Positions 15,864 through 17,213 of a DNA stretch of 17,213 bases are shown here, one piece after another; the first letter of the stretch is position 1; each line of letters starts with the position of its first letter. The translations under genes were made by a program, and so were the position numbers. The notes beneath the pieces are model-generated. The model did not search any database. It saw only the letters and a program-made list of their open reading frames with translations, and was not told the DNA's origin. The DNA comes from an uncultured Solirubrobacteraceae bacterium (GTDB taxonomy: Bacteria > Actinomycetota > Thermoleophilia > Solirubrobacterales > Solirubrobacteraceae), in the NCBI GenBank assembly GCA_964588985.1, contig CAZPQW010000040.1:1-17213 (forward strand). The letters are read 5' to 3'.

Positions 15864-16909
15864 GCGCCGCGCTCCAGCAGTCCTGGCCGCCGTTCGTGCT
15901 CGTCGCGGGGCTGCTGCTCGTCGGCATGGTCGCGGGCGCCGACGGCCTGTTCGACGCCGCGGCCTCGCGCCTGGTCGCGCTCTCAGGGCCGCCGGTCGTG
16001 CTGCTGCTCGCGTGCTTCGCGCTCGTGGCGGTCGTGACCGCGCTGCTGAACCTTGACACCTCGGTCGTGTTCCTCACGCCAGTGCTCGTCAAGACCGCCC
16101 AGCGACGCGGGGTCGGGGTCGCACCGTTCCTGTACGGCAGCGTGTTCATGGCCAACGCCTCTTCGCTGTTCCTCCCCGGCTCGAACCTCACGAACCTGCT
16201 CGTGCTCTCTCAGGACCACGTGTCGGGCGCTACCTTCTTCGCGCGCATGCTGCCGATGGCGCTCGCGGCGATGGCGATCACCGCGGTGGGGCTCGCGCTC
16301 ATACACCGCCGCGGGCTCTCCGCCTCCCCCATCCAGCCGCCGCGGGCACAGCCGCCAGCTCCCGTCCGGCTCGGGGTCGGCTTCTGGGGCACGCTTCTGG
16401 CCGCTGGGCTGGTCTTGATCCTCACCAACGCAGCACTGCCCGTGCTCGCGCTGGGGGTCGCGATGCTTGCCCTGCGAGAGCGCCAGGGGCGCGTGCGGTG
16501 GTCGGAAGGCCTCTCGCGGCTCGGTGTGCCGGTGCTGCTCGGCCTCTTCGCTCTTGCGGTCGCGCTCGGGACGCTCGCGCGCGCCAGCTCGTTCCCCGCC
16601 GATCAGATGCACGGCGCCGGTGCGCCGCTGACCGCCGTGGTTGCTGCGCTGTCGAGCGTGCTCGTCAACAACCTGCCAGCGGCGGTCTTGCTCTCCTCGA
16701 GCGGTCACATCCACGTGGGCGCGCTGCTGCTGGGCCTGAACGTGGGTCCGAACCTCGCGGTCAGCGGCTCCCTGGCGGTGCTGCTGTGGTGGCGTGCCGC
16801 TCGCGCGAGTGGGGCCACGCCCTCGGCGCTCGAGTACTCGCGCCAGGGACTCGTGCTCGCGCCGCTCGCGCTGCTGGGCGCGCTCGCGCTCGGTTCGGGC
16901 TGGCCGTAG
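15860..16909 (+). CDS. ArsB/NhaD-family (IT superfamily) permease
   Basis: LLNLDTSVVFLTP, ANASSLFLPGSNLTNL, VNNLPAA and GPNLAVSGSLAVLLW resemble ArsB motifs. The hydrophobic sequence begins at the CTG 15860 that overlaps the upstream TGA. Confidence 0.85.
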   Translation: MSAALQQSWPPFVLVAGLLLVGMVAGADGLFDAAASRLVALSGPPVVLLLACFALVAVVTALLNLDTSVVFLTPVLVKTAQRRGVGVAPFLYGSVFMANASSLFLPGSNLTNLLVLSQDHVSGATFFARMLPMALAAMAITAVGLALIHRRGLSASPIQPPRAQPPAPVRLGVGFWGTLLAAGLVLILTNAALPVLALGVAMLALRERQGRVRWSEGLSRLGVPVLLGLFALAVALGTLARASSFPADQMHGAGAPLTAVVAALSSVLVNNLPAAVLLSSSGHIHVGALLLGLNVGPNLAVSGSLAVLLWWRAARASGATPSALEYSRQGLVLAPLALLGALALGSGWP

Positions 16910-16919
16910 GCTTGGTGGC

Positions 16920-17213
16920 GTGCCAGGGCTCCTCGCGTCAGCGTCCGTCGGGCAGAGCGTCAGCTCGTTCTTCGACGCGGTCGGCAAGTTCTTCGCCGAC
17001 CTCGCCGCGGTGCACTGGCTCACGCTGCTGCTCGGCCTGGTGTTCTTCGGCCTGAACCTCACGCTGCGCTCGCGCGCGTTCTTCCACAGCCTCCGCGCGG
17101 CCTACCCCGCGGTGCGCTTCCAGTGGCGTCGCGTGTGGGGTGCGTACTTCGCGGCGGTCGGCTTCAACAACGTCGTGCCGGCACGCGGCGGGGACGTGAT
17201 CAAGCTGTTCCTC
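16920..17213 (+). CDS. Lysylphosphatidylglycerol synthase TM-region / YbhN (flippase-like) membrane protein, 3'-truncated
   Basis: Absent from the ORF track because it runs off the end. My translation is MPGLLASASVGQSVSSFFDAVGKFFADLAAVHWLTLLLGLVFFGLNLTLRSRAF...YFAAVGFNNVVPARGGDVIKLFL; the N..PARGGD motif is typical of this family. TAGGCT lies 7 nt before the GTG. Confidence 0.85.
   Translation, partial: MPGLLASASVGQSVSSFFDAVGKFFADLAAVHWLTLLLGLVFFGLNLTLRSRAFFHSLRAAYPAVRFQWRRVWGAYFAAVGFNNVVPARGGDVIKLFL

Noticed and set aside
372-17062. Many long alternative-frame and antisense ORFs (e.g. 4800-6158, 5896-6936, 7222-8184, 13892-15106, 15983-17062)
   Set aside because: These are typical shadow ORFs of high-GC DNA: they overlap motif-bearing genes and carry no recognisable motifs.
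1-17213. CRISPR array, tRNA/rRNA, IS or prophage genes
   Set aside because: No spaced direct repeats, cloverleaf motifs or mobility-protein motifs were seen, and the intergenic gaps are mostly too short.

Overview
High-GC (about 70% by eye) actinobacterial chromosome segment. Gene content and style suggest Thermoleophilia/Solirubrobacterales, which is an inference. It is densely coding, with about 21 genes. In order: the 3' part of a DEAD-box helicase with a DbpA-type domain, a cyclophilin, an aldehyde dehydrogenase, an ACAD10/11-like phosphotransferase plus HAD phosphatase pair, and two paralogous secreted clan GH-A glycoside hydrolases (4597-6045, 8268-9710) that flank an Fpg2-type glycosylase, bcp and two small hypothetical genes. 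Then come cupin, VOC, zinc-finger/NERD nuclease, methyltransferase, folD, degV, an extended SDR, a COG4280-like membrane protein coupled to an ArsB/NhaD permease, and the start of a YbhN/flippase-like gene. I found no rRNA, tRNA, CRISPR array, transposase or integrase. The most notable signals are: (i) a TANNNT -10 box 6-7 nt before the start codon of eight genes, i.e. probable leaderless mRNAs, twice built from the upstream gene's stop codon; (ii) the old, compositionally diverged GH duplication; (iii) a ~100-bp palindromic MITE/REP-like element at 6047-6148; (iv) a probable CTG start in a CTGA stop/start overlap; (v) an in-frame loss of part of the SDR Rossmann motif. I cannot claim a clearly new system; these are leads.
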